From: Heterodontus francisci
Taxonomy: Eukaryota
Reading direction: 5' to 3'
Length of the DNA stretch: 64,000 nucleotides
Assembly (NCBI RefSeq): GCF_036365525.1
Contig: NC_090378.1
Coordinates: forward strand, 45,941,505-46,005,504
The translations under genes were made by a program, and so were the position numbers. The notes under the pieces are model-generated. The model was not told where the DNA came from. It was given only the letters and a program-made list of their open reading frames with translations, and made no database searches. How positions within the stretch are numbered: the stretch's first letter is position 1; each line of letters starts with the position of its first letter. Of this stretch, positions 26,850-37,794 are shown piece after piece.

Positions 26850-27220
26850 ACTGATTGAGGTATACAAAATTATGAGGAGCATTGATGGGATAGATAGGAA
26901 GTAACTTTTTCCCTTAGCGGAGGGATCAATAACCAGGGGGCATAGATTTAAGAAAAGGGGCAGAAGGTTTAGAGGGGATTTGAGGAAAAGTTTTTTCACC
27001 CAGTGGGTGGTTGGAATCTGGAACACACTGCCTGAAGGGGTGGTAGAGGCAGGAACACTCACAACATTTAAGAAGCATTTAGATGAGCACTTGAAATGCC
27101 ATAGCATACAAGGTTATGGGGCAAGTGCTGGAAAATGGGATTAGAATAGATAAGTGCTTGATGGCCGGCACAGACTTGATGAGCCAAAGGGCCTATTTCT
27201 GTGCTGTATGACTCGATGAC
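26850..27220 (+). mobile_element. CR1 3' end inserted into the Gypsy gag region
   Basis: gactgattgaggtatacaaaattatg..ctgtgctgtatgactcgatgact tail. Confidence 0.85.
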
Positions 27221-28394
27221 TGGGCTTCTATCACCTTCCCACCCTTTGTCCTTTTTGGATTGTCGGGGTGATTAGGAAAGGTTTTCCCCTGGGAAACCAA
27301 CTTAAAAATTAAAGCGAACTTATCAGCTAGAACAGCCGCTTGCTGGGCTCTCTGAACCCGCTGCTCCTCTACATGGGTCTTTATGGAGAGTGGGAGAGAG
27401 TGTTTAAATTCCTCTAACAGAATTACTTCTCTGAGATTTTCATAGCTGAGCTATACTTTAAGAGCCCTCAGCCACTGGTCAAAAGCCAGCTGCATACTTC
27501 TTTCAAACTCCTGACAAGTTTGACTAGCTTGCTTCTTGAGGGTTCTAAACTTTTAGCGATAGGCTCCGGGTGCTAATTCATATGCCCCAGGGATAGCACT
27601 GTTTGTCAGTTCATAATTCGAGGAACTCTCATCTAGCAACAGGGAATAAACCTCATGGGCTTTTCCGGTTAGCTTGCTTAGTAATAAAAGAGGCCAGGTC
27701 TTAGTTGGCCATTTTAGCTGCCTTGCCAGTTTATCAAAAGACACAAAAACGCTTCCACACCTTCCTCATTGAATTTTGGGATATGTTGATATAGTTTTAA
27801 CAGTTCTGTACCCAGCCCTGAATTACGCTCCTCCATATTGGCCATGCTTTCACTACTCTGTCGCCCCCTAGTTAACTCAAGCCTCCTTAGCTCTCTTTTT
27901 CTTCGCATTCTTTCTGGAAGGTTCTTTCTCTCTCTCTCCTCACTCTCTTTGTCTTCATGTTCCTTCTGGAAGGCTCTTTCTCTGTCTCCTCAAATTCATG
28001 TTTCCTTTGTTCCAGTTGTATCTTTGCTAGCAATATCCTGTTTGGGTCTACTTCTAACCCTGTTTCTGCTTCAGATTCAAGGGAAAAATGGTTGGCCACT
28101 AGCCTTAGGAGTTCAGATTTCCTAGCCTTGCCACGTACAGTGATCCCACACTGCTCAGCCATTTTTTTTCAGCTCCTCCATAGACAGTGCTTTTAATTTA
28201 GCCCAAGTTACTTCACCCTGGCTTGGGGAGCTACTAGCTTCAGTTGCAGACATGTTGTTATTCAAGTACACACAACCACAAGAAAATCTATATTGAAATC
28301 TTGCTCTTTTTTGATTGGGAACAATTTGGCTTCCCACTTCCAATATCTCTCATTTGTCTGTGGGTAAAATCCAGGACGGTAGCCCCCAAATTTA

Positions 28395-29245
28395 TGTTAT
28401 GACCAGGTGAGAAAGGGGTCTAGGGTTCCCTCTACCATAACAGGGTTTAATTTTAAACACACCAGGTTTTTTTGAGCCCCCACTGAGTGAATCCTTGTTC
28501 TAGCCAACAGGTTTTCTTAGGTTTAAAGAAAAAAGGTTGAAATTTATTAAACTTAAACTCTAATTTGGTAAACACCTGTGGATACGCAATGCTAGCATGC
28601 ATACGCAATACACACATGCAGATAGAGACAGAAAAGAGCAGAAGAAATAAAGTGGAAAAGATTGAGGCAATATCTGAAGATGGTTTTGGTTACTGTTCTT
28701 CGAGCTCGCTTTAAAGTCCTTGATTGTAGGTAGGTCTTGCTTTTCGTTGGGGCACAGTATTATTCTTAAACCTTGTTCGATGTAGGAGACTTTTCTCTCT
28801 TGATGTTTGTGTCCTCATTGGGTCCAGAGGCTTGTGAGAAAGAGATGGGAGCAGACAGGAGAGGTCTTCTCACTCCAGGAGCAAACAGTCTTTGAGTTCA
28901 AAACTCTGTGGCTAGTTTAAAAAAGCACTGGACCAGCCAGTTAGTCATGTGACCAGCTGGTTTAACCAATCCTGGCTTTTGTGGATTGTATCACCTTAGC
29001 AGTCTCTGGAATGCTTTTCCTTACACCTTCAATGTCTGGTGATCAAAATCCCTTGTCAGTTTAACGTGTCAGGGAATGGTCCTTTTGTCTCCACAAGCAG
29101 TGTCTGTTAGTAGACAAATGTTTTTCAGCTAAGTGTCTGGCAGCCCTTGTGACTGGCCTTCTCCTCTTCCCAGTAAGTTCTAAATCAATGTTCATATGAT
29201 AAAATTAATATGCCTCGCTATTGGCAGGTGGGGGCTTGCATGACA
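28395..29245 (-). repeat. LTR, about 850 bp
   Basis: TGTTATGA...TGACA termini, adjacent PBS, and AATAAA on the minus strand. Confidence 0.8.
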
Positions 29246-29330
29246 GCCACACAGACCAAACGTTCCCAGGTTCAATGCCTAATCTGTGCTGAAATAACTG
29301 ATTTCGGCTGGGCAGCAAGTTGCCCTCATT

Positions 29331-29461
29331 CAACGTTCCCTCTAAACTCTGTGGCTGCACAACCCGAAAGCTCACGCAGGTCCCGCACAAATCAGCCCCT
29401 TTTAAGTTCCCATGCAAAAAATTTTAAGGGCCCACGCACCATAAAAAAAGAGGGTACATTG
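29331..29461. mobile_element. hAT-type MITE
   Basis: CAACGTTCCCTCT..AGAGGGTACATTG TIRs; decayed 8-bp TSD ccctcatt/cccccaat. Confidence 0.6.
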
Positions 29462-29524
29462 CCCCCAATGCTTCTGGACTAAATGAGGGAATTCAACCAG
29501 GATTCCTGCTCCTGATCAGTATCC

Positions 29525-29812
29525 AATAAAGAAGGACATGAATTTATATAGCATATTTCACAACCTAAATGCTTTACAACTGATTAAATATTTTTGGAGT
29601 AGGAAACACAGCAGCCAATTTATGCACAGCAAGCTCCTATGAGCAGCAAAGTGATAATGACCAGATAATCTGCTTTAGTGATGTTGTTTCAGGGATAAAT
29701 CAGGACACGGGTGGAGCTCCCGGCTCCTCCTCTTCAAAATAGTGCCGTGGAATCTTACGTCCAACTGAGGGGGCAGACAGGACCTCTGTTTAATGTCTCA
29801 ATCGAAAGACTC
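29525..29812 (-). mobile_element. SacSINE1-like Deu-domain SINE fragment
   Basis: Reverse complement resembles 41420-41625 (taggaaacacagcagccaatttatgcacagc..gataatgaccagataatctg). Confidence 0.7.
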
Positions 29813-30473
29813 ATTGTGGCAAGTGTGCTTGGTGGGTGTTGCTTGAGTATTTTCTTGGGCTTGGCTGTGCTGTCCTTCACAGTTTAATAATGTGCAGATG
29901 GCTTGCACTTGGGGTTGAATTGTAATAACCAGAAATGGGTGGGTTGGGGTCAAGGCAGATATTAAAATTTTACAAATCTGAACCCCGACCCCACTTAATG
30001 GAGGTGGGACAAGGAGCAGGCGGCCAATGCCGCTACCAGGAGGTGAGTTGGCAATTTAAATATCCTAATGAGGCTAGCAGCCTCTGATTTTAGCCTGCTT
30101 TGTCGATCTTAATGTGAGTGGCTGCATTTCCCAGGCCTGGGGAAACTGGCAGCTGACAGGAGGCAAGACATCTTCGGGGAGAAGATAATTGCTTTTACAG
30201 CACTGTTTGTAGGCCAGGAGAAGCAGGAGTACGTCCCCTCTATCAGACCTCTCCCCCAGACAAAGGCATTTGAAAGGCAGATTTTTAATTTGAAAATGCT
30301 GGTTTATTTTGGTTTTCAGGTATAGTTTATATATGCTTGACGTTGCACATTACATGGTTATCTGTCCCTCATACAACCAACAAGGAGAGTCAAGATTCTT
30401 ATACCTTTTGGAGTTCACATAGGTTTAGCACCAAGAGTAAAACTCTGCAACTTGCCCTTAATTCCACTCTTGG

Positions 30474-31800
30474 TGTTACGATCAAGGAGCAATGCACCGT
30501 CAATTCAGTCCCGTCACTCCACAGGTCGCATGATATAATTAAAGTTTCCCCACCCAGCTGGAAAAACAGGCAAGTTAAACACTCTAGTAACCCCTAGAAT
30601 AAAACAGACCAAACCAGGTATCTTTAGACAACCACAAATTAACTATTTATTAAAAAAAAACTAAATCTTAAACACTGTTAAGATAAACCTATATCTAAAG
30701 ACCTTATAACTTCTTATTTTAACCTAACTCCCCCATACAGACACATACATTCAAAAACTAACAGTTAACTGGTTTTAAAAGTGCTGTTTTTAAAAATTAG
30801 CTGTTTCTTAATAAATAAATAAGTAAGTCTTTGTGGGTTACGTTCCTGATGTGTGAGGTATTCTAATGTGAAAATAATCAAATGCCACGCAAAGTCTTCA
30901 CACGGATTTAATGAAATAGTCTCTTAGTAGATAGGCAATCAAAACACTTCAGCTGCAGCAGGCATCAAACAGTTCTATAGACAAGGAGTATAGTAATGTG
31001 TCCACTCAGATTTTAAAACCGACACTCTGTCAGTCGAAACTTTACTGTGAATTCCAGAAAATACAATCAGTCAAGAGAGAGTCAATTTTGAAGCAAAGAC
31101 TCTTAGATTGGAAGTAAAGAAAAAGGAATTTTGCTATCCCCAGCAATACAAATGGTCTCTTCAAAAAAAAAGGGCTTTTTTTCCTCCTTGGGCAATTAAC
31201 ATGGCCTGTAGCTCATTGTAGAATTTCTGCAGAGAAATAGACAGCTCTTTTCTTCAGCAGAACACTTCGCTGGTGTCTGGTTCAGACTGGTTTTTGCCAG
31301 TTTTACACACAGTCAAATTGAAACATTATACCATGTAACCTCTCTCTCCTGTGGTGGCCTAGGGACAAGTGCAGCTGGCACCCTGTGCTCAGTCTTAAAG
31401 ACACACTGTTTTCAAACAGAGTCTTAGAGGCACAGGCTATTTTTAAATCCAAGGAGAGAAAAAAACAGTTCCATGATATTGGCTGCATGCTCGGACTGAA
31501 CCAGTGGTGCACAGATTTGGTGTTCTGTTTATTCTGGCATTTAGCTTCAAACCCCATATCCTATCCCTCACAGAGACTGGCGATTTTTGCCTATACAGCA
31601 TCTTAACTATTATCTCACCTGAAGCTGCTGAAGTCACTGGATACAATTTATCCAATGCTCTCATTCCTGGCCTTCAAGTTCCATCTTAAATAAACTTCAG
31701 TTTGACCAAAGCTCTGGTGTTCTTCCCAAGTTCTGCTCTCTTACTTTCTTGTCCCTGTTTCCCAGCTCATGAATTTAAAGACTTATCATTCCCCATAAAA
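30474..31800 (-). mobile_element. Probable solo LTR; right end uncertain
   Basis: Starts TGTTACG and has the same layout as the other LTRs here (tttattaaa, acacatac tract). No clear TSD found. Confidence 0.45.
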
Positions 31801-31809
31801 TGCCATGAT

Positions 31810-31980
31810 GTCAGCCATAGCTTGATTGGTAGCACTCTTGCCTCTGAATCACGAGGTTCTGCGTTGAAGTCCCACTCCAGGGCTTGAGCACAAAATCCAA
31901 AGCTGAAACTCCAGTACAGTACTGAGGGAGACCTGGATTGTTGGAGGTTCTGTCTTTTGGATGAGACATGGGTAGTTATC
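31810..31980 (+). mobile_element. 5' half of a SacSINE1-like Deu-SINE, split by the Gypsy insertion
   Basis: tRNA-like head (ggtagcactcttgcctctgaatcacgaggtt..aagtcccactccag); the SINE continues at 41412. Confidence 0.75.
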
Positions 31981-32441
31981 TGTGGAATGTGTAATAGCTG
32001 AGCATTTTGTATATGGCCCTGTGTGCTGCCCTCTCTGTTTGGGAGGTGTAAATAAAGTTTGTTGGATAACGGCTGCTTGCACTGTGAGACCTTATGCTAG
32101 ACTAATTCAGTGAATACACATCAGAAAGATGGTGAGGAGATTGGATTGAATTCTTTTTTACATTTCATTTGAGAGATTACGGTCTAAAGAACATTGTGTC
32201 ACACATTTTCGAACGCTTGAGGAGGTTTGGGCAGTTTGAAATATTGCTCCGGGTGTGTCTGCAATTTGTGTTCAGGTACAACTCAGTCCACGAACGGCCC
32301 CCCCGGCCGCAACTTCAAAGCGCCCGCGGGAGATGGCTCGGAGAGCATCTGCAGCGCACTGTCGGCAATGCTGCATGCCTTTATTTAAACCACTGCAAAA
32401 AAAAAACCCTTAGCAAATGTAATCACCTCTAAGTCTGCCAA

Positions 32442-32756
32442 ATGATGCTTCACCTCCCGAAGGACGTGGATGAGCTTTCCGGACGTCGATGGTGGGCACT
32501 GAGGAAATGGCTTATTACCTGCACCAGATTCCACCCCCCCTCCCCCCCCCTTTACCCCCCTTCCACCCCCCCCACCCCCGTCCCCTTCCCTGCTCCACCC
32601 TCTCAGCTCACCCCCTCACAACCCCGTCCCAGCCCGCCCCCCCCTCGCACCATCTTCACCCCGCACCCCCTTCCCCTGCACCCCCCCCCACCCCCTCCCT
32701 CTACCCCTCCCCCTTGCATCCCCTCCTCCCACCGGCACCATCCTACACCTGTGTAG
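32442..32756 (+). CDS. Putative short Trp/Arg plus Pro-rich ORF in the RTE leader
   Basis: LSGRRWWALRKWLITCT-(Pro-rich)-SSHRH is in one frame here and in the copy at 1573-1917 (LSRRQWWELMKCFITCT..SSHRH). Confidence 0.4.
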   Translation: MMLHLPKDVDELSGRRWWALRKWLITCTRFHPPSPPLYPPSTPPTPVPFPAPPSQLTPSQPRPSPPPPRTIFTPHPLPLHPPPPPPSTPPPCIPSSHRHHPTPV

Positions 32757-33296
32757 GGGCCCCAACAACCCCACTGCCTTGTGGGCGTCTCGGGAGAGAC
32801 CAAGGCTAAGGGAGTAAACCCTAACAGAAAATCCGGAGCGGAACCCCGTAGGCGGTCATGTGTCACCTTTGGCATGTTTCCGGCAGTTCCTGCAGCCATA
32901 CTGGTGCCAAACGTCGTGTCCTGCACTCCTTTGGACCCCACCAGAAAGGCCGAGAGGGGGGTTTTGACGACTGGGCAACTCTCAACCTCCATAAATTTGC
33001 CCAGGCATGCGCCATGGAGAGGTCACTCCATAGTTGCCTCACAGCGACTAAAACAACACGGAAGGCAGCAGTTACGGGTTATAAGTCCAGATAAATTGGC
33101 GTAGAAACTGGGCGCCACAGGTTGCCTTTGTCGGTGGGAGAGGTCATTGCACCTCACTGGACAGCTACCGCCCGCCTCAAACCGGGCAGCCCCCGGTCAA
33201 TAAGGTTCTGTCCCGCCACAGTCTGCCTGCTTCAATGGGTGCTTGGAGCTCAGGGTCATTGCCCGAAAGGTGGACTGATACACCGCACCAAACAAC

Positions 33297-36200
33297 ATGA
33301 AAAAAGGAAAGAAGGTACCAGCCCTTCGCTTTGCAAGCTGGAACGTCAGAACTATGTGTCCTGGCCTGTCGGAAGACCTTACACAAATCAACGATTCTCG
33401 GAAGACCGCCATCATTAACAACGAGCTCAGTAGATTCAATGTGGACATTGCAGCACTTCAGGAGACTCGCCTCCCCGCGAGTGGCTCTCTAGCAGAGCAA
33501 GACTACACCTTCTTCTGGCAGGGCAGGGATCCTGAAGAACCAAGACAGCATGGAGTGGGCTTCGCCATCAGAAACTCCTTGCTCAGCATGATAGAGCCTC
33601 CCTCAAATGGCTCGGAACGCATACTGTCCATCCGACTGCTCACCACCTCTGGTCCAGTACACCTACTCAGCATCTATGCTCCAACACTCTGCTCCGCACC
33701 TGAAGCTAAAGACCAGTTCTATGAACAACTCCATAACATCATTAGCAGCATCCCCAACACCGAACACCTATTCCTGCTGGGGGACTTTAATGCCAGGGTT
33801 GGGGCCGACCATGACTCATGGCCCTCCTGCCTTGGGCGCTATGGCGTTGGAAGGATGAATGAGAACGGGCAGAGACTGCTTGAGTTGTGTACCTATCATA
33901 ACCTCTGCATCACCAACTCGTTCTTTCACACTAAACCCTGTCACCAGGTTTCATGGAGGCACCCAAGATCACGTCGTTGGCACCAGCTAGACCTCATTGT
34001 CACAAGGCGAGCCGCCTTAAACAGTGTTCAAATCACACGCAGCTTCCACAGTGCGGACTGCGACACCGACCACTCCCTGGTGTGCAGCAAGGTTAGACTC
34101 AGACCAAAGAAGTTGCATCATTCCAAGCAGAAGGGCCACCCGCGCATCAACACGAGCAGAATTTCTCACCCACAGCTGTTACAAAAATTTCTAAATTCAC
34201 TTGTAACAGCCCTTCAAAACACTCCCACAGGGGATGCTGAGACCAAGTGGGCCCACATCAGAGACGCCATCTATGAGTCAGCTTTGACCACCTACGGCAA
34301 AAGTGCGAAGAGAAATGCAGACTGGTTTCAATCTCATAATGAAGAGCTGGAACCTGTCATAGCCGCTAAGCGCATTGCACTTTTGAACTACAAGAAAGCC
34401 CCCAGCGATTTAACATCCGCAGCACTTAAAGCAGCCAGAAGTACTGCACAAAGAACAGCTAGGCGTTGCGCAAACGACTACTGGCAACACCTATGCAGTC
34501 ATATTCAGCTGGCCTCAGACACCGGAAACATCAGAGGAATGTATGATGGCATGAAGAGAGCTCTTGGGCCAACCATCAAGAAGATCACCCCCCTCAAATC
34601 TAAATCGGGGGACATAATCAACGCAAACAGATGGACCGCTGGGTTGAGCACTACCTAGAACTGTACTCCAGGGAGAATGCTGTCACTGAGACTGCCCTCA
34701 ATGCAGCCCAGCCTCTACCAGTCATGGATGAGCTGGACATACAGCCAACCAAATCGGAACTCAGTGATGCCATTGATTCCCTAGCCAGCGGAAAAGCCCC
34801 TGGGAAGGACAGCATTACCCCTGAAATAATCAAGAGTGCCAAGCCTGCTATACTCTCAGCACTACATGAACTGCTATGCCTGTGCTGGGACGAGGGAGCA
34901 GTACCCCAGGACATGCGCGATGCCAACATCATCACCCTCTATAAAAACAAAGGTGACCGCGGTGACTGCAACAACTACCGTGGAATCTCCCTGCTCAGCA
35001 TAGTGGGGAAAGTCTTTGCTCGAGTCGCTCTGAACAGGCTCCAGAAGCTGGCCGAGCGCGTCTACCCTGAGGCACAGTGTGGCTTTCGTGCAGAGAGATC
35101 GACTATTGACATGCTGTTCTCCCTTCGTCAGATACAGGAGAAATGCCGTGAACAGCAGATGCCCCTCTACATTGCTTTCATTGATCTCACCAAAGCCTTT
35201 GACCTCGTCAGCAGACGTGGTCTCTTCAGACTACTAGAAAAGATCGGATGTCCACCAAAGCTACTAAGTATCATCACCTCATTCCATGACAATATGAAAG
35301 GCACAATTCAACATGGTGGCTCCTCATCAGAGCCCTTTCCTATCCTGAGTGGTGTGAAACAGGGCTGTGTTCTCGCACCCACACTTTTTGGGATTTTCTT
35401 CTCCCTGCTGCTTTCACATGCGTTCAAATCCTCTGAAGAAGGAATTTTCCTCCACACAAGACCAGGGGGCAGGTTGTTCAACCTTGCCCGTCTAAGAGCG
35501 AAGTCCAAAGTACGGAAAGTCCTCATCAGAGAACTCCTCTTTGCTGACGATGCTGCTTTAACATCTCACACTGAAGAATGCCTGCAGAGTCTCATCGACA
35601 GGTTTGCGTCTGCCTGCAATGAATTTGGCCTAACCATCAGCCTCAAGAAAACGAACATCATGGGGCAGGATGTCAGAAATGCTCCATCCATCAATATTGG
35701 CGACCACGCTCTGGAAGTGGTTCAAGAGTTCACCTACCTAGGCTCAACTATCACCAGTAACCTGTCTCTAGATGCAGAAATCAACAAGCGCATGGGTAAG
35801 GCTTCCACTGCTATGTCCAGACTGGCCAAGAGAGTGTGGGAAAATGGCGCACTGACACGGAACACAAAAGTCCGAGTGTATCAGGCCTGTGTCCTCAGTA
35901 CCTTGCTCTACGGCAGCGAGGCCTGGACAACGTATGCCAGCCAAGAGCGACGTCTCAATTCATTCCATCTTCGCTGCCTTCGGAGAATACTTGGCATCAG
36001 GTGGCAGGACTATATCTCCAACACAGAAGTCCTTGAAGCGGCCAACACCCCCAGCTTATACACACTACTGAGTCAGCGGCGCTTGAGATGGCTTGGCCAT
36101 GTGAGCCGCATGGAAGATGGCAGGATCCCCAAAGACACATTGTACAGCGAGCTCGCCACTGGTATCAGACCCACCGGCCGTCCATGTCTCCGTTATAAAG

Positions 36201-36481
36201 ACGTCTGCAAACGTGACATGAAATCGTGTGACATTGATCACAAGTCGTGGGAGTCAGTTGCCAGCATTCGCCAGAGCTGGCGGGCAGCCATAAAGACAGG
36301 GCTAAATTGTGGCGAGTCGAAGAGACTTAGTAGTTGGCAGGAAAAAAGACAGAGGCGCAAGGGGAGAGCCAACTGTGCAACAGCCCCAACAAACAAATTT
36401 CTCTGCAGCACCTGTGGAAGAGCCTGTCACTCCAGAATTGGCCTTTATAGCCACTCCAGGCGCTGCTTCACAAACCACTGA
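33297..36481 (+). pseudogene. RTE APE endonuclease-reverse transcriptase with C-terminal C2H2-like finger; one frameshift near 34620
   Basis: SWNVRT, LQET, GDFNA, DTDH, NYRGISLL, QCGFR, DLTKAFD, GVKQGCVLAP, FADD, YLGS, CSTCGRAC..HSRRC. Confidence 0.95.
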
Positions 36482-37794
36482 CCACCTCCAGGCGCGTATC
36501 CATTGTCTCTCGAGATAAGGAGGCCCAAAAGAAAGAAAAAACAACTCAGTGAGTCATACGGTATGTAATTGAAAAAAATGTCACTGAAGACATATTTTGG
36601 GACAATGGGGGAATTCAACCCAAACAAAGAGGACTGATGTAATTACAAATGAAGATTACACATTTGGCTAAAAGCTAATAAAATAGGAGATGAGGATAAA
36701 GTAAATATTTTCCTCACCATGATAGTTTTGAGGTGGTGTGTAAACAATATTGCCTGTGAGACTCCAGTACTTTGACTATTCTGAAATTAATGAGATCCTG
36801 GACTCCTATTATTGCACGACTAAGAATGAAATTGCACTGCGAGTTGCATTCCTTAAAAAGAAGCAGTTGCCAAGTGAAACTATTGCAGAATATATTCTCG
36901 AGTTAGAGAAACACACTCGTCACTGTGGTTATGGCACAAACTTAGAAGTCAACCTTAGAAACGCATTCGTTGGAGGTCTATAGAACAGTAAATTCCAGGT
37001 CAAGCTTTAGAGTAAAGGCAACAAGCTGACATGGTAGGAGGCCACAGTTATGGAAATGGCAGGAAGAGATAGTTGCAGATTGCAATGAAGCTCTTTTCCT
37101 GAGCCCGCAGGGGAGGTCCACCGGATTTCAGCAGGAACCAGGCCATGGTAGCCAAGTTCACACTCTAAAAAAGAGTACAAGAAGTCCCTAAGTCACATTC
37201 CCTTATACAAAACTGGCGTGAAACTGACTAGTTATTCCAACAACAGCATTCCAGGTGTTCGGGTGGAATACAATGATGCATCCTATTACTTGCCATTGGT
37301 GGTGGTAGGAGGGAACAAAGTCTCCCTGATGGGACAAAATTGGCTTAAGAAAATACAGTTTAACTGGTCCGAGTTATTTACAGTAGGGATCAGTAAGAGT
37401 ACGTCTGACAGTGAGGAAGTACTAAGGGAGCACAAAGTAGTCTTTGAGCAAGGAGGACCAAATGATCCAACCAATCTTTCTTTCATGGTCAAACACAAGA
37501 AAACCATGGGAACGAGTACATGTCGATTTCTTTGAAGTGGAAGGGAAAGAGTACTTTATTTTAGTCAATAGCTATAGCAAGTGGATAAATGTTGATTTTA
37601 TGCCCAATACCACAAGTGCCAAAACTATTGCGGTTTTGAGAATTTGGTACAAAATTTATGGGTTGCCAGAAATGTTGGTGTCAGAGGAGTTTGAAATATT
37701 TCTGAGTAAGAATGGAGTCAAACACACTCTAATACCACCATATCACCCAGCATCGAATGGTGTTGCAGAAAGAAGTGTACAAATTGTGAAGACT

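Larger units (their letters stand above)
26123..29245 (-). mobile_element. Gypsy (Gmr1-like) LTR retrotransposon relic: 5' LTR, gag, Zn knuckle, protease; truncated before RT
   Basis: FDKLARQLKWP..SKLTGKAHEVYS..AYELAPGAYR gag, CFHCNKAGHIKADC knuckle, ILRDTGA protease, and PBS-like TGGGGGCT next to the LTR. Confidence 0.88.
32288..36540 (+). mobile_element. Near full-length young RTE-clade LINE with 10-bp TSD ACAACTCAGT
   Basis: TSD at 32278-32287 and 36541-36550; about 1-kb leader, APE-RT ORF, (AAAG)-type tail. Confidence 0.95.

Noticed and set aside
32720-32825. HDV-like ribozyme in the RTE leader (GGCTAAGGGAG matches the HDV antigenomic 3' end and follows a hairpin)
   Set aside because: I could not build P3/L3/P1/P1.1: after CTCCC-ACC there is no UCCxCG-type loop or GGT partner. 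Only the GCCTTG/CAAGGC hairpin is supported.
32781-33104. Second shared leader ORF (MGVSGETKAKG..., also 1141-1557)
   Set aside because: GTG start, different stop positions in the two copies, and similarity explained by nucleotide identity alone.
34651-36544. Antisense and alternative-frame ORFs over the RTE (and likewise over the CR1 and LINE at 50-53 kb)
   Set aside because: Shadow ORFs of the RT reading frame; their repetition at 12 kb only reflects copy identity.
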